The notes: a model not told the origin generated them from the sequence alone. A stretch of 32,000 bases of DNA from Candidatus Electrothrix sp. GW3-4 (GCF_037902255.1 NZ_CP147990.1:1410001-1442000), one strand, 5' to 3'; positions 1 to 8,522 are shown, counted from the stretch's first letter. Numbers and translations are program-made.

Positions 1-1272
1 GTCCGCCACCTTGAGTACCTGCTCTACCTTGGTGGGATTGAGGAGGAAGAGCAGGGGGGTGTGGGTGTCCTGCAATACGCTTGCCTTCACCGCCTCGTCC
101 AGGGCCACGTCTGGGTCACTGAGATAACTGACCAGTCCTTCGTTCACGCATTGATCATGGTTGAGGCCAAGATAATCCTGGATGAGCAGGTCTGAAAGGA
201 CAACCACATCCAGCTCCTGTAGCACCTCAGGTTTATCAGCAAGACAAGGAGAGCGGGAGATGGTTTCGTCCTGCATCTGGAGAAGGAAGGCCCGGTCTTC
301 ACCTGGATGATACACACCAAAGGCTGGCGTGCCGTGGCTGGTGTCTGCCTCATTCATTCTGTTCATCACTTCAGCAATGAGAGTTTCCCGACCACCTTGC
401 TTAACCTCGGTGACGATCATGCCCTGCTGCATCCGTTCCTGCAACTGATCAGCGGTCATGGCGCCTGGCCAGCGAACCAGCCTATGGGTGGGGAGGACGG
501 ATAGACCTGCATCCTCACAGGCGCAGAGGTACATCATGATATAATTACAGGGATGATCTGCTGGCAGGTTGGGATTTTGGGCCAGGGCCCGTCTGCGGCA
601 GTCCAGGGCAGTGGTGTAGCGGTGGTGTCCGTCTGCAATGTACACAGATTTATCGCTAAAGAAATGATGCACCTGTTTCAGCGTTTCTTTATCCGTCACC
701 CGCCAGAGGGTATGGGTATTGGCATTTTGGTCATCAACTTGCAGGAGCGGTTCAGCATGACGGGCTTTTTCCAGGTTTGTGATGACCTCTTGCTCGCGAT
801 CTGAATAGATGGAGAAGATCTGACTGAACTGGGCCTTGCAGGTCTCCATGAGCTGGAGACGGTCACTGATTACTCCAGAGAAGGTCTTTTCATGGGGCTT
901 GACAATACCCTCGGCAAATTCTGCCAGCCCCACCAGGCTGACAATACCCTTGCGGGTCAGGCGCTTGCCATTGGGATGGTTATAGTCGATGTAGTAGAGG
1001 TAGATGGCTGGTTGCTCATCCTGAACAAGGACATTTTCATCCTGCCAGGTCTGAAATCGCTCCTGAGCCTGTTTGTAGCGTCCGTCATCCTCAGTTGTCC
1101 CCTGTGAGATATTGCGCAGATCCAGATTGATCATGGAGTAGGGGGTTTTTTGCAGCAGTTTTTTCTCGTCGTCTGTGGAAATGACGTCATACGGCGGGGT
1201 AACGACGTCTTCCAGTCGCTCTATTTTTTCCGGGTTGTAACGCACGCCACGAAATGGGGCAACAACAGCCAT
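1..1272 (-). CDS. DUF1015 family protein (start present, 3' end runs off the window)
   Basis: This gene is absent from the supplied ORF track because no stop codon lies in the window. My own minus-strand translation from the ATG at 1272 (GGAG 9 nt upstream) is open for all 424 codons down to base 1. It reads MAVVAPFRGVRYNPEKIERLEDVVTPPYDVI...KSVYIADGHHRYTTAL...LPTHRLV. The PFRGxRY, PPYDVI and IADGHHRY motifs are the DUF1015 signature as I recall it. Confidence 0.8.
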   Translation of the reverse strand, partial: MAVVAPFRGVRYNPEKIERLEDVVTPPYDVISTDDEKKLLQKTPYSMINLDLRNISQGTTEDDGRYKQAQERFQTWQDENVLVQDEQPAIYLYYIDYNHPNGKRLTRKGIVSLVGLAEFAEGIVKPHEKTFSGVISDRLQLMETCKAQFSQIFSIYSDREQEVITNLEKARHAEPLLQVDDQNANTHTLWRVTDKETLKQVHHFFSDKSVYIADGHHRYTTALDCRRRALAQNPNLPADHPCNYIMMYLCACEDAGLSVLPTHRLVRWPGAMTADQLQERMQQGMIVTEVKQGGRETLIAEVMNRMNEADTSHGTPAFGVYHPGEDRAFLLQMQDETISRSPCLADKPEVLQELDVVVLSDLLIQDYLGLNHDQCVNEGLVSYLSDPDVALDEAVKASVLQDTHTPLLFLLNPTKVEQVLKVAD

Positions 1273-1476
1273 GGTCTTTTTCTCCAGTTCTTTGAAATAA
1301 CTTCCATCCCGACTCAGCGGTTCAGGACAATAAAAGATGAAAATTAATCGGGCGATTGGCTTCACCCGGTACTTTCATATAAAAGGATCTCTTATCCAGA
1401 GCAGAGAATTCGTCAGCTCAGAAGAGAAGAATACGGTTTTCGCATGCCTTGTTTACCATTATCCGGTGCGCAGATG

Positions 1477-1517
1477 CAAGGAGGTTTTGGAAAGTTTTTG
1501 GAAACTTTCCCTCCTTG
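1477..1517. repeat. Imperfect 41-nt inverted repeat (long hairpin) in the spacer between the membrane-protein gene and the DUF1015 gene
   Basis: Read directly. caaggagg (1477-1484) pairs with cctccttg (1510-1517), and gaaagttt (1490-1497) pairs with aaactttc (1502-1509). The loop is ttgg, with a 5-nt bulge. No T-run follows on either strand. Confidence 0.6.
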
Positions 1518-1715
1518 GATGGGAAAAAGCATATCCCCTGCCTGTACCAGCATTACCATGGAGATAGAATGGTAGAGCATAGAGGGCGTGTAGCTGAAGT
1601 TGAAGCTGTCCGGCAGGTAGAAATTGGTCGACCTTGACTTGGAGGGCCGAAGAAGAGGGTAATTATGAGGGCCTCGCGGTTGGCCTTATTCGTTATACCT
1701 GAGGAGACAATACAG

Positions 1716-2177
1716 TTAGCTCCCCGCAGCTACTGCCACAACAATAAAAAAGACCAAACTGACAAGAAAGATAAACACCGCCACCTCCCAGAGGATACAG
1801 CTGAGAGCTAATCCCAGAGATACAAGCGAACCCCGTAACACCTCCTTATGCACTCTGCTGAGAATAGCATAATAGAGCGAGACCAGACCACAAAGCAGGC
1901 AGGTGCCCCGAAGAAAATAGCCGAGGAGCGTGTAGTCAGTATTAAAGACAAAGCTGCGATTGCTTGGTTGTAAACCAAAGTATATGGTCAAGACACCAAA
2001 GGTAATGCCAAGCAAGGCAAGGATAATGGAACGAATATAGAACCGGGATGAGATCTTCATTTGTTTGTCAACCCTATGGCAACTTAATGAAAAAGCAAAA
2101 GATGTTAACAGTATCTTGGCAGATGCCTGTGTTGTTGGGCAAGATTGCGATAACGCCTCCACCTTGCCCCTCTTCAT
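1716..2177 (-). CDS. Small hydrophobic membrane protein, function unknown
   Basis: ORF of 153 aa. An internal ATG at 2060 (MKISSRFYIRSIILALLGITFGVLTIYFGL...) would give 114 aa. There are three to four hydrophobic helix-length segments and no recognisable family motif. The start codon is uncertain. Confidence 0.5.
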   Translation of the reverse strand: MKRGKVEALSQSCPTTQASAKILLTSFAFSLSCHRVDKQMKISSRFYIRSIILALLGITFGVLTIYFGLQPSNRSFVFNTDYTLLGYFLRGTCLLCGLVSLYYAILSRVHKEVLRGSLVSLGLALSCILWEVAVFIFLVSLVFFIVVAVAAGS

Positions 2178-2382
2178 TCCCTATCAGGATCCTTCAGAAT
2201 TGACCACTTTTTTTTACATATAAAGCAAGAGAGAAAGACCTGCCTACATTGTGGCCCATTCATTGACAAGGCAGAGTTATGGTGATATTTTATGTACTTT
2301 TGTACAGTGTGAAACAACATGCCGTGGATGATGCAGGCGGGAATGCTGCGTCTTTAAAGATGAATAATATATGGAGAATCCC

Positions 2383-3432
2383 ATGAAACATCAGTCACCT
2401 GTCCTGCGACTTGCTGTCGCTGTCCTCCTTTCAGCTGTGCTTTGCTGCGTTTCTTCGCTTCAGGCAGCGGAGAAAAAAGAGAAATTCGATGTTGCCTGGT
2501 CCCATTATGTGGGCTGGGAGCCTTGGGGATATGCCCAACAGAGTGGTATCCTCAAAAAATGGGCAGATAAGTACAATATTGAGATCAAGTTAACCTTGGT
2601 TAACGATTATATCGAGTCCATTAATCTCTATACCTCTGGTAAATTTGACGCCTGTACTATGGCCAATATGGATGCCCTGACCATCCCTGCTGTGGGTGGT
2701 GTTGACTCGACGGCCCTGATCGTCGGGGATTTTTCCAACGGCAACGACGGTATTATTATGAAAAAGGGCGCAAAGGTAACAGACCTGAAAGGGCGGAAAA
2801 TTACCCTGGTGGAGCTCTCTGTTTCCCATTACCTGTTGGCCAGGGCCCTGGATATGAACGGCATGAGCGAACAGGATGTCAACCTGATCAACACTAGCGA
2901 TGCAGATATTGCCGCGCTTTTTACTGCTGATCCCAAAGGAGCTGCTGTTACCTGGAATCCGCCTCTTATGCAGGCCTTGCGGGCACCTGAGGCAGTGCGG
3001 GTCTTTGACTCCTCAAGTATTCCCGGTGAGATCATTGATCTGATGGTGGTACGGACCGATGCCCCGGAAGCTTTGAAGAAGGCTCTGGTTGGTGCATGGT
3101 ATGAGGTGATGGCAATCATGGCGACCGATGGCCCGAAAAAGGAAGAAGCCATAGCCGCTATGGCCCAGATTTCTGGTGGAACTGTGGATGAATTCAAGCA
3201 GCAGCTTGCTACCACAGCCATGTTCTACAAGGCCGAAGATGCTGCTGCCTTTGCTGCGTCGGCAAAACCAAAAGAGACGATGGAACAGGTTCGCCAGTTC
3301 TCTTATGATAAAGGGTTATACGGTGAGTCTGCCCCGTCGCCGGATATCGTGGGGATCTCCTTTGATGACGGTTCTGTGTTGGGTGATAAAAACAATATCA
3401 AGCTCCGTTTTACAGCAAAGTATATGCAGTAG
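2383..3432 (+). CDS. ABC transporter substrate-binding protein, NitT/TauT (NMT1/SsuA-like) family
   Basis: The ORF opens at 2371, but the in-frame ATG at 2383 has GGAG 6 nt upstream. A signal peptide is present (LRLAVAVLLSAVLCCVSSLQA/AE). The motifs GWEPWGY, DACTMANMDALT and STALIVGDFSNGNDG resemble, from memory, the subfamily often annotated as putative urea/short-chain-amide ABC binding protein. A cognate permease and ATPase follow. Confidence 0.8.
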   Translation: MKHQSPVLRLAVAVLLSAVLCCVSSLQAAEKKEKFDVAWSHYVGWEPWGYAQQSGILKKWADKYNIEIKLTLVNDYIESINLYTSGKFDACTMANMDALTIPAVGGVDSTALIVGDFSNGNDGIIMKKGAKVTDLKGRKITLVELSVSHYLLARALDMNGMSEQDVNLINTSDADIAALFTADPKGAAVTWNPPLMQALRAPEAVRVFDSSSIPGEIIDLMVVRTDAPEALKKALVGAWYEVMAIMATDGPKKEEAIAAMAQISGGTVDEFKQQLATTAMFYKAEDAAAFAASAKPKETMEQVRQFSYDKGLYGESAPSPDIVGISFDDGSVLGDKNNIKLRFTAKYMQ

Positions 3433-3607
3433 GAATGTAGTGCGAAACTGCGGGAACAAAGAGCCGGGCTGGCATGGGGACCGCCCCGCAATAATGACGA
3501 CAAGACCATGCCCCAAGGGGGCAATATTTATAAGCCAAGGGTAACACCCTGGGAAGCCCCCTACTCGGGGTCTTACCCCGAGCTGATAAATATACGCCTT
3601 TCAGGCG
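3433..3607 (+). promoter_or_regulatory. Hairpin-rich 175-nt spacer between the binding-protein and permease genes
   Basis: Read directly. tgcccc-aag-ggggca lies around 3520. An imperfect ccaaggg/ccctgg stem lies around 3537-3554. ctcgggg (3564-3570) pairs with ccccgag (3576-3582). These are flanked by the near-inverted atatttataagc / gctgataaatat. Confidence 0.35.
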
Positions 3608-4522
3608 ATGATCAGATGTGATATGCATATCAAAAATGATGCAACAAGAGAGAGTGCTGTGGAATTATCAACGGAAGAACCGACACGAAAACCATCCCGT
3701 TTTCTGGGGATTCACGCCCGGCCCGGCAAGGCCTTCAGCATCCTGCTGGCGGTATTGCCCTTTGCTCTCCTGCTGATTGTTTACCTGACGGCTTCGGAAA
3801 TCCGGCATAGGGAAAATGAGTCAGACAAACTCTTGCCCAGGATTTCTCATATGACTGCTGCGGTGAAGCATATGGCCTTTGAGAAGAATCGGCGGACAGG
3901 TAAGTACCTGATGCTGGACGATACCCTTGCCAGCATGCGACGTCTGCTGATTGGGACCGGGCTTGCTGCCTTAATAGCACTTCTGATTGGGCTTAATATT
4001 GGCCTGTTCCCAGGTATCAATGCGGCCCTGAACCCGTTCATCACCTTTATCTCTATGATTCCGCCGTTGTCTATTCTGCCTATCCTCTTTATCAGCTTTG
4101 GTGTGGATGAAGCGGCAAAGGTCGTTTTGATCTTTATCGGCATCTTTCCTTTGATCACCAGGGATATCCGACTGGCGGTCCATAAACTCCCCCAGGAACA
4201 GTTGACCAAGGCCATCACTCTGGGTGCCTCACAGTTTCAGCTGGCCTATCGCATTATTCTGCCCCAGATTATGCCCAGACTGCTTGAGGCTGTTCGGCTT
4301 TCTCTGGGCTCGGCTTGGCTCTTTCTCATAGCTGCCGAGGCCATTGCGGCCAGTAGTGGCTTAGGGTATCGGATTTTCCTGGTGCGCCGATATCTGGCCA
4401 TGGATGTTATCTTACCCTATGTCCTCTGGATAACCTTTCTGGGCTTTGTTATGGATTGGCTGCTTCGCCATATCATGCTCTGGTTTTACCCCTGGTACAG
4501 TGCTGTTGGAGGCAATAAATGA
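3608..4522 (+). CDS. ABC transporter permease, NitT/TauT family
   Basis: ORF of 304 aa with multiple TM segments. It has an EAA-type cytoplasmic loop (ITLGASQFQLAYRIILPQIMPRLLEAVRLSLGSAW). Its stop overlaps the next ATG as ATGA (4519-4522). An alternative in-frame start lies at 3623. Confidence 0.85.
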   Translation: MIRCDMHIKNDATRESAVELSTEEPTRKPSRFLGIHARPGKAFSILLAVLPFALLLIVYLTASEIRHRENESDKLLPRISHMTAAVKHMAFEKNRRTGKYLMLDDTLASMRRLLIGTGLAALIALLIGLNIGLFPGINAALNPFITFISMIPPLSILPILFISFGVDEAAKVVLIFIGIFPLITRDIRLAVHKLPQEQLTKAITLGASQFQLAYRIILPQIMPRLLEAVRLSLGSAWLFLIAAEAIAASSGLGYRIFLVRRYLAMDVILPYVLWITFLGFVMDWLLRHIMLWFYPWYSAVGGNK

Positions 4523-5412
4523 GTTCTGATCCCGGTTTTCTCCAGATTATTGATGTGTACAAGGCCTATAACGGCAAGGTGATCCTGGATAATATTGATC
4601 TCCAGGTCAGCAGAGGGGAGTTCTGCACAGTGATTGGCCCCAGTGGTTGCGGTAAATCAACCCTGCTACGGCTGATAATCGGGGCTGAGGTTCCCACTAC
4701 CGGAAAGGTTTTGCTTGAGCAGAAAAACGTGGGCCATCCTGACATCCATCGGGGGATTGTCTTTCAGAAGTATTCTCTTTTTCCACATCTGACTGTGCTG
4801 GATAATATCAGCTTGGGCCTGCGGCTCGGTGGTCGTCCAGGATCAAAGGAGATGTCGCGTAAAGAAATACATGAGGAAGCAATGGCCATGCTGGAGAAGA
4901 TTCGGCTTGCCGAGCATGGCAAGAAATATCCTCATGAGCTGTCAGGCGGTATGCAGCAGCGGGTGGCTATTGGTCAGTCCCTGATCATGAAACCGAAAAT
5001 TCTGGCCATGGACGAACCCTTTGGTGCCCTTGATCCTGATACCAGAGAAGATATGCAGCTCTTTTTGGTGGAACTGTGGGAGAAAGAGCACATGACGATC
5101 TTTTTTGTTACCCATGATCTGGAAGAGGCCGCCTTTCTCGGTACCAGGCTTGTGGTGCTGTCTCAGTATTATACCGATGATAGGGGAAACGGCAGGCAGG
5201 TCAATCGGGGTGCCAAGATTACCGCTGATTACCAGCCGCCTCCCACTGTGAGTAACACCGCAATCAAGCAGAGCAGAGAATTTACCGAGCTGATTGCCTG
5301 TATACGCAGAGAGGGGTTTGATCCTGATTTTCTCCAGCATGCCAGTGAATTCAAGCTGATGCATCCTGATTCCTTCCAGACACTGACCAGAGAGGAGAGC
5401 GGGCAGGATTGA
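4519..5412 (+). CDS. ABC transporter ATP-binding protein
   Basis: Walker A GPSGCGKST, signature LSGGMQQR, Walker B ILAMDEPFGALD and H-loop FFVTHD are all present. It is translationally coupled to the permease. The C-terminus extends about 40 aa beyond the core. Confidence 0.9.
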   Translation: MSSDPGFLQIIDVYKAYNGKVILDNIDLQVSRGEFCTVIGPSGCGKSTLLRLIIGAEVPTTGKVLLEQKNVGHPDIHRGIVFQKYSLFPHLTVLDNISLGLRLGGRPGSKEMSRKEIHEEAMAMLEKIRLAEHGKKYPHELSGGMQQRVAIGQSLIMKPKILAMDEPFGALDPDTREDMQLFLVELWEKEHMTIFFVTHDLEEAAFLGTRLVVLSQYYTDDRGNGRQVNRGAKITADYQPPPTVSNTAIKQSREFTELIACIRREGFDPDFLQHASEFKLMHPDSFQTLTREESGQD

Positions 5413-5460
5413 TTGGTCGGCTTGCCTTGCCTGCGTGATCCTCAGCAGCAGCTTATTACT

Positions 5461-6003
5461 ATGAAAAGTATTGATAAAAAAAGTTTAAATAACGCTTATC
5501 GTCTCTTTGAAACTGGCGATATTGATCACATTGAAATTGGTACAACAAAAGGCCTGCAACAAATACATCAGTATCTTTTTCAGGGCCTCTATGATTTTGC
5601 CGGACAAATACGCACAAACAATATAGCAAAAGGAAACTTCAGGTTTGCCAACTCTCTGTACTTGAATGAAATTTTAGTAAAGATTGAGCAAATGCCCGAG
5701 GAGACCTTCGAAGAAATCATAGCCAAATATGTGGAAATGAATATTGCCCATCCTTTTATGGAAGGAAATGGAAGAACTATGCGTATTTGGTTGGATATGA
5801 TTTTGAAAACAAGACTGAAAAGAGTGGTCAACTGGCAGTTTGTAGATAAAATACTTTATTTGCAAGCAATGGAAAGAAGTCCGGTTAATGATTTAGAAAT
5901 CAGAACACTCCTGTCAGCAAACCTAACCGATGAAATTAATAACCGGGAAATTATTTTTAAAGGGATAGAGCAATCCTATTATTATGAAGGGTACGGCGAG
6001 TGA
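5461..6003 (+). CDS. fic: Fic family AMP-transferase, class III (C-terminal autoinhibitory helix)
   Basis: The Fic active-site motif [12 protein letters not shown] matches HxFx(D/E)GNGRxxR. The C-terminal SYYYEG matches the (S/T)xxxE(G/N) inhibitory motif. At about 180 aa from MKSIDKK (ATG 5461), the size fits single-domain class III Fic proteins. The track's upstream TTG start at 5413 adds 16 non-conserved residues. Confidence 0.85.
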   Translation: MKSIDKKSLNNAYRLFETGDIDHIEIGTTKGLQQIHQYLFQGLYDFAGQIRTNNIAKGNFRFANSLYLNEILVKIEQMPEETFEEIIAKYVEMNIAHPFMEGNGRTMRIWLDMILKTRLKRVVNWQFVDKILYLQAMERSPVNDLEIRTLLSANLTDEINNREIIFKGIEQSYYYEGYGE

Positions 6004-6052
6004 AGACTCTGGTAATAAGGAAAAAAAGGGGGAACGAAATTAAATCATAATT

Positions 6053-7006
6053 TTACTCCGACCCTTTTTGTCCTGTGCTCAACCCTTCATCTTCAGAAAG
6101 CTTCCTGACTTCTTCCTCAGACAACCCTGTGGCCTGGGCAATCTGATCAACCGTCAGCAGCCCCATACGCAGCATATTGACAGCCACGTCAGACCTCCCT
6201 CTCTCGACTCCCTGTTCGATTCCTTTTTCAATTCCTTTCTCAATACCCTTCTCAATCCCTTCGTCATATGCGGATTCGATCATATCTTTTTCGCTGGCCC
6301 TGTTGACCAGATATTTCTCGTACGCCCGACGTTCCGCTTGGGACATTTTCAGCAGGTCAAGCTTCTCGGCTGCTGCCTGAATGTTCTTTGACCGGAAATC
6401 CGATCTGACCTCGGAATTCTTGAAGAAATATACCCACTCGTCGATGCCGCTGTTGATGATGTCATGAAAACGCTCGACTTCTATAAGATAGTATTCTGGA
6501 AACACATTTCTGCCCGCATCAATCTCGCGTCCTACTACCGCACTGCGCTTTCTCGGCTTCAGACGTAACCTCTCCCTGGTGTTCATGCCGTAGAAGTCGG
6601 TCGTTCCCTTATAGAGATAATCGTTTTCACCTTCTCCGAGCAGAAAGTAGAGAATACTGACCGAGATGACTTTTTTTACCTTTGCAAACGAATCGCCCAG
6701 CTGCATACGGTCCACGATCAGTTTGGAGCTGCCGTACAGGAGTCGCTGTAAATAATACCGTTCCCAGCCCGCCTGCACTTCGATGATGTAAATTTCACCG
6801 GTCTCATCCTCGACCGAGAGATCCACCCTATTGAACTTGTCGGATGCATCCTCCTGATTGCTTTCACTTTCCAGTAGGGCGAGAATCCTGATATCTTTAT
6901 CCAGCAGCGTGCTCAGAAAACCTTCCAGCACATCGTAGTTGGCTTTGTCGCGCAGAATGTTCTTAATTGCCCAGTCGAAACTGACCAGAGTTCGTGTTTC
7001 GCTCAT
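6053..7006 (-). CDS. Rpn/YhgA-like PD-(D/E)XK recombination-promoting nuclease (putative transposase family)
   Basis: ORF of 317 aa. The N-terminal nuclease core reads FNRVDLSVEDETGEIYIIEVQ (a D...ExQ variant of PD-(D/E)XK), typical of the family as I recall it. The C-terminal region carries the tandem EKGI repeats that are also typical. Confidence 0.75.
   Translation of the reverse strand: MSETRTLVSFDWAIKNILRDKANYDVLEGFLSTLLDKDIRILALLESESNQEDASDKFNRVDLSVEDETGEIYIIEVQAGWERYYLQRLLYGSSKLIVDRMQLGDSFAKVKKVISVSILYFLLGEGENDYLYKGTTDFYGMNTRERLRLKPRKRSAVVGREIDAGRNVFPEYYLIEVERFHDIINSGIDEWVYFFKNSEVRSDFRSKNIQAAAEKLDLLKMSQAERRAYEKYLVNRASEKDMIESAYDEGIEKGIEKGIEKGIEQGVERGRSDVAVNMLRMGLLTVDQIAQATGLSEEEVRKLSEDEGLSTGQKGSE
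6215..6262. repeat. Four tandem 12-bp repeats inside the Rpn-like gene
   Basis: Read directly: ttcgattccttt / ttcaattccttt / ctcaataccctt / ctcaatcccttc. On the minus strand these encode (E/Q)GIEKGIEKGIEKGIE. Confidence 0.9.
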
Positions 7007-7114
7007 AACGGCTTTTCCTTGCTGAATAAATTGATTCAGAAAGCCTGGAAGGGTATCCTGCCGAACCCCGCCCGTAAGGAGCGGGGTGAGAGATACAGCC
7101 CCGAAGCTTCGCTA

Positions 7115-8329
7115 TCAAGCAGCCCCAGTAAAATCAAGCTCAATAGTAGGCGCAGCCTGATTTCCCTGTTCCTGCTGTTGAATTCGCTTTTCCGCCTCGG
7201 CGGTCATTCTTTCCATCCCTAAAATGTTTTCCGCCATTGTGGGCAAGGCATTTTTACGGAAGGTGGCAATATCATCCATCGCCGCATTGATATCGGCAAA
7301 GGCCCTTTCCAGAGACTCCATACTGAGCTGGGTGCTGGCAGCCTGCTTCTGAATAGCGGCACCCTGGGTTTTCAGGCGGGCAGCGTTTTCCTCAATCAGC
7401 TTATTGGTGGTTTTATTGATGGCATCAATCTTCTCCAAAACAATCTTCTGGTTTGCCAGAGCCAGAGCAACCGTGACAGCCACACTGAGCATATTGACGG
7501 TCACGTTGATCGCCCGGTCAACGCCCTTGATCAGCTCCTTGTTATTACGCACGAGCAGCTCAATGGCAAGCACTCCCTGCTGATTGACGGCCAGCTGCTG
7601 TTGCAGGTCCTGAATTCTCTGGCGCAGAGGAAAGATCAGCTCCTCCTGGATAAAGGATGCCCTGGCATCACCTGGCTCGACTTCGCGCTCCAGGGCATAC
7701 TCCAGCCGCTGGTCAATCTGCATACCCAGCTTAATGGTCTTTTCCAGGCGAAAGGTAAACCCACGCATGGCCTTTTGATCTTGCACCAGGGTTATATTGT
7801 CCCGGGTGAGCTGGGCTTGGCCTTCCTTCAATGCACGAACAATGGCGTCAATTATCGTGTCCGACTGTTCAAACTTGAGAAAATACCTTTTCAGCGGCGT
7901 GCCGATGCCGGGAATCCAGCCTAAGAGACGAGCGAACCAACCTGCCTCAAAATCGAATTTCCCCGGATCCAGCTCTTCAACCTGTATATTCAGCTCAACA
8001 AGCGAACGGGCAACCTCGCCACCGTCCTCGCTTTTGGCAGCCAGGGAACGGATGGGCTGCTTGAGCATGGCGCTGCGGTGCGCTGCTTCCTTTTGGGTTT
8101 TTCCACCCAGGGTTTCTACTGCGGCAATATTGGCATCACGGGCGTTTTGCTGGGCAGGATCATTGGGATCAAAGGCCAGGACCGCAGCAACAAACTTTTC
8201 TGCAGTCTCCTCAAGTTCCTGATCCTCTCCGGCAGTGGAGCTGAGGGCCTGAGGATCCGTAAGGGCAAGCTCGTTTTTCAGATCTGAAGCAGTGGGCAGG
8301 GTGAGTGCCGTATTGGTCCGGGTATCCAT
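7115..8329 (-). CDS. telA: TelA-family toxic anion resistance protein
   Basis: The ORF opens at 8383, but the ATG at 8329 (MDTRTNTALTLP...) has AAGGAG 8 nt upstream. It is an all-helical protein of about 400 aa with no signal peptide. The layout matches the TelA/KlaB/YaaN family (e.g. RLEKTIKLGMQIDQRLEYAL, LIFPLRQRIQDLQQQLAVNQQG, AINVTVNML). Confidence 0.85.
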   Translation of the reverse strand: MDTRTNTALTLPTASDLKNELALTDPQALSSTAGEDQELEETAEKFVAAVLAFDPNDPAQQNARDANIAAVETLGGKTQKEAAHRSAMLKQPIRSLAAKSEDGGEVARSLVELNIQVEELDPGKFDFEAGWFARLLGWIPGIGTPLKRYFLKFEQSDTIIDAIVRALKEGQAQLTRDNITLVQDQKAMRGFTFRLEKTIKLGMQIDQRLEYALEREVEPGDARASFIQEELIFPLRQRIQDLQQQLAVNQQGVLAIELLVRNNKELIKGVDRAINVTVNMLSVAVTVALALANQKIVLEKIDAINKTTNKLIEENAARLKTQGAAIQKQAASTQLSMESLERAFADINAAMDDIATFRKNALPTMAENILGMERMTAEAEKRIQQQEQGNQAAPTIELDFTGAA

Positions 8330-8522
8330 CGCAGAGGTCTCCTTGTGTGCAAAACGATTATGTACCCCGGCTGTCGTCAGCAACGGGGCGGTTCAGTCTT
8401 TTAAGTGACATGATATGTACGTCACTGTTACTTCGAGGTTTTATCCCGGCCGCAGGCCGGGAGGAGCGCTTTCTATAAAAAGGGTGCAGTCACTGTTCTG
8501 GCTGCGTTGTTCAAAGTGCCAT

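Noticed and set aside
5413-5460. TTG-initiated 16-aa N-terminal extension of the Fic ORF, abutting the ATPase stop
   Set aside because: The extension ([16 protein letters not shown]) has normal G+C, whereas the Fic body is AT-rich. The family-typical N-terminus begins at MKSID (ATG 5461).
8330-8383. Longer track starts for telA (8383) and likewise for the hybrid kinase (21387), phasin-like (26201), RapZ-CTD (26639) and ClC (28664) genes
   Set aside because: For telA, the phasin-like, RapZ-CTD and ClC genes, an in-frame internal ATG has a good Shine-Dalgarno sequence at proper spacing. The extra N-terminal residues look non-protein-like or run into the upstream gene. For the hybrid kinase the SD is weak. 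I chose 21291 because the REC domain begins there.
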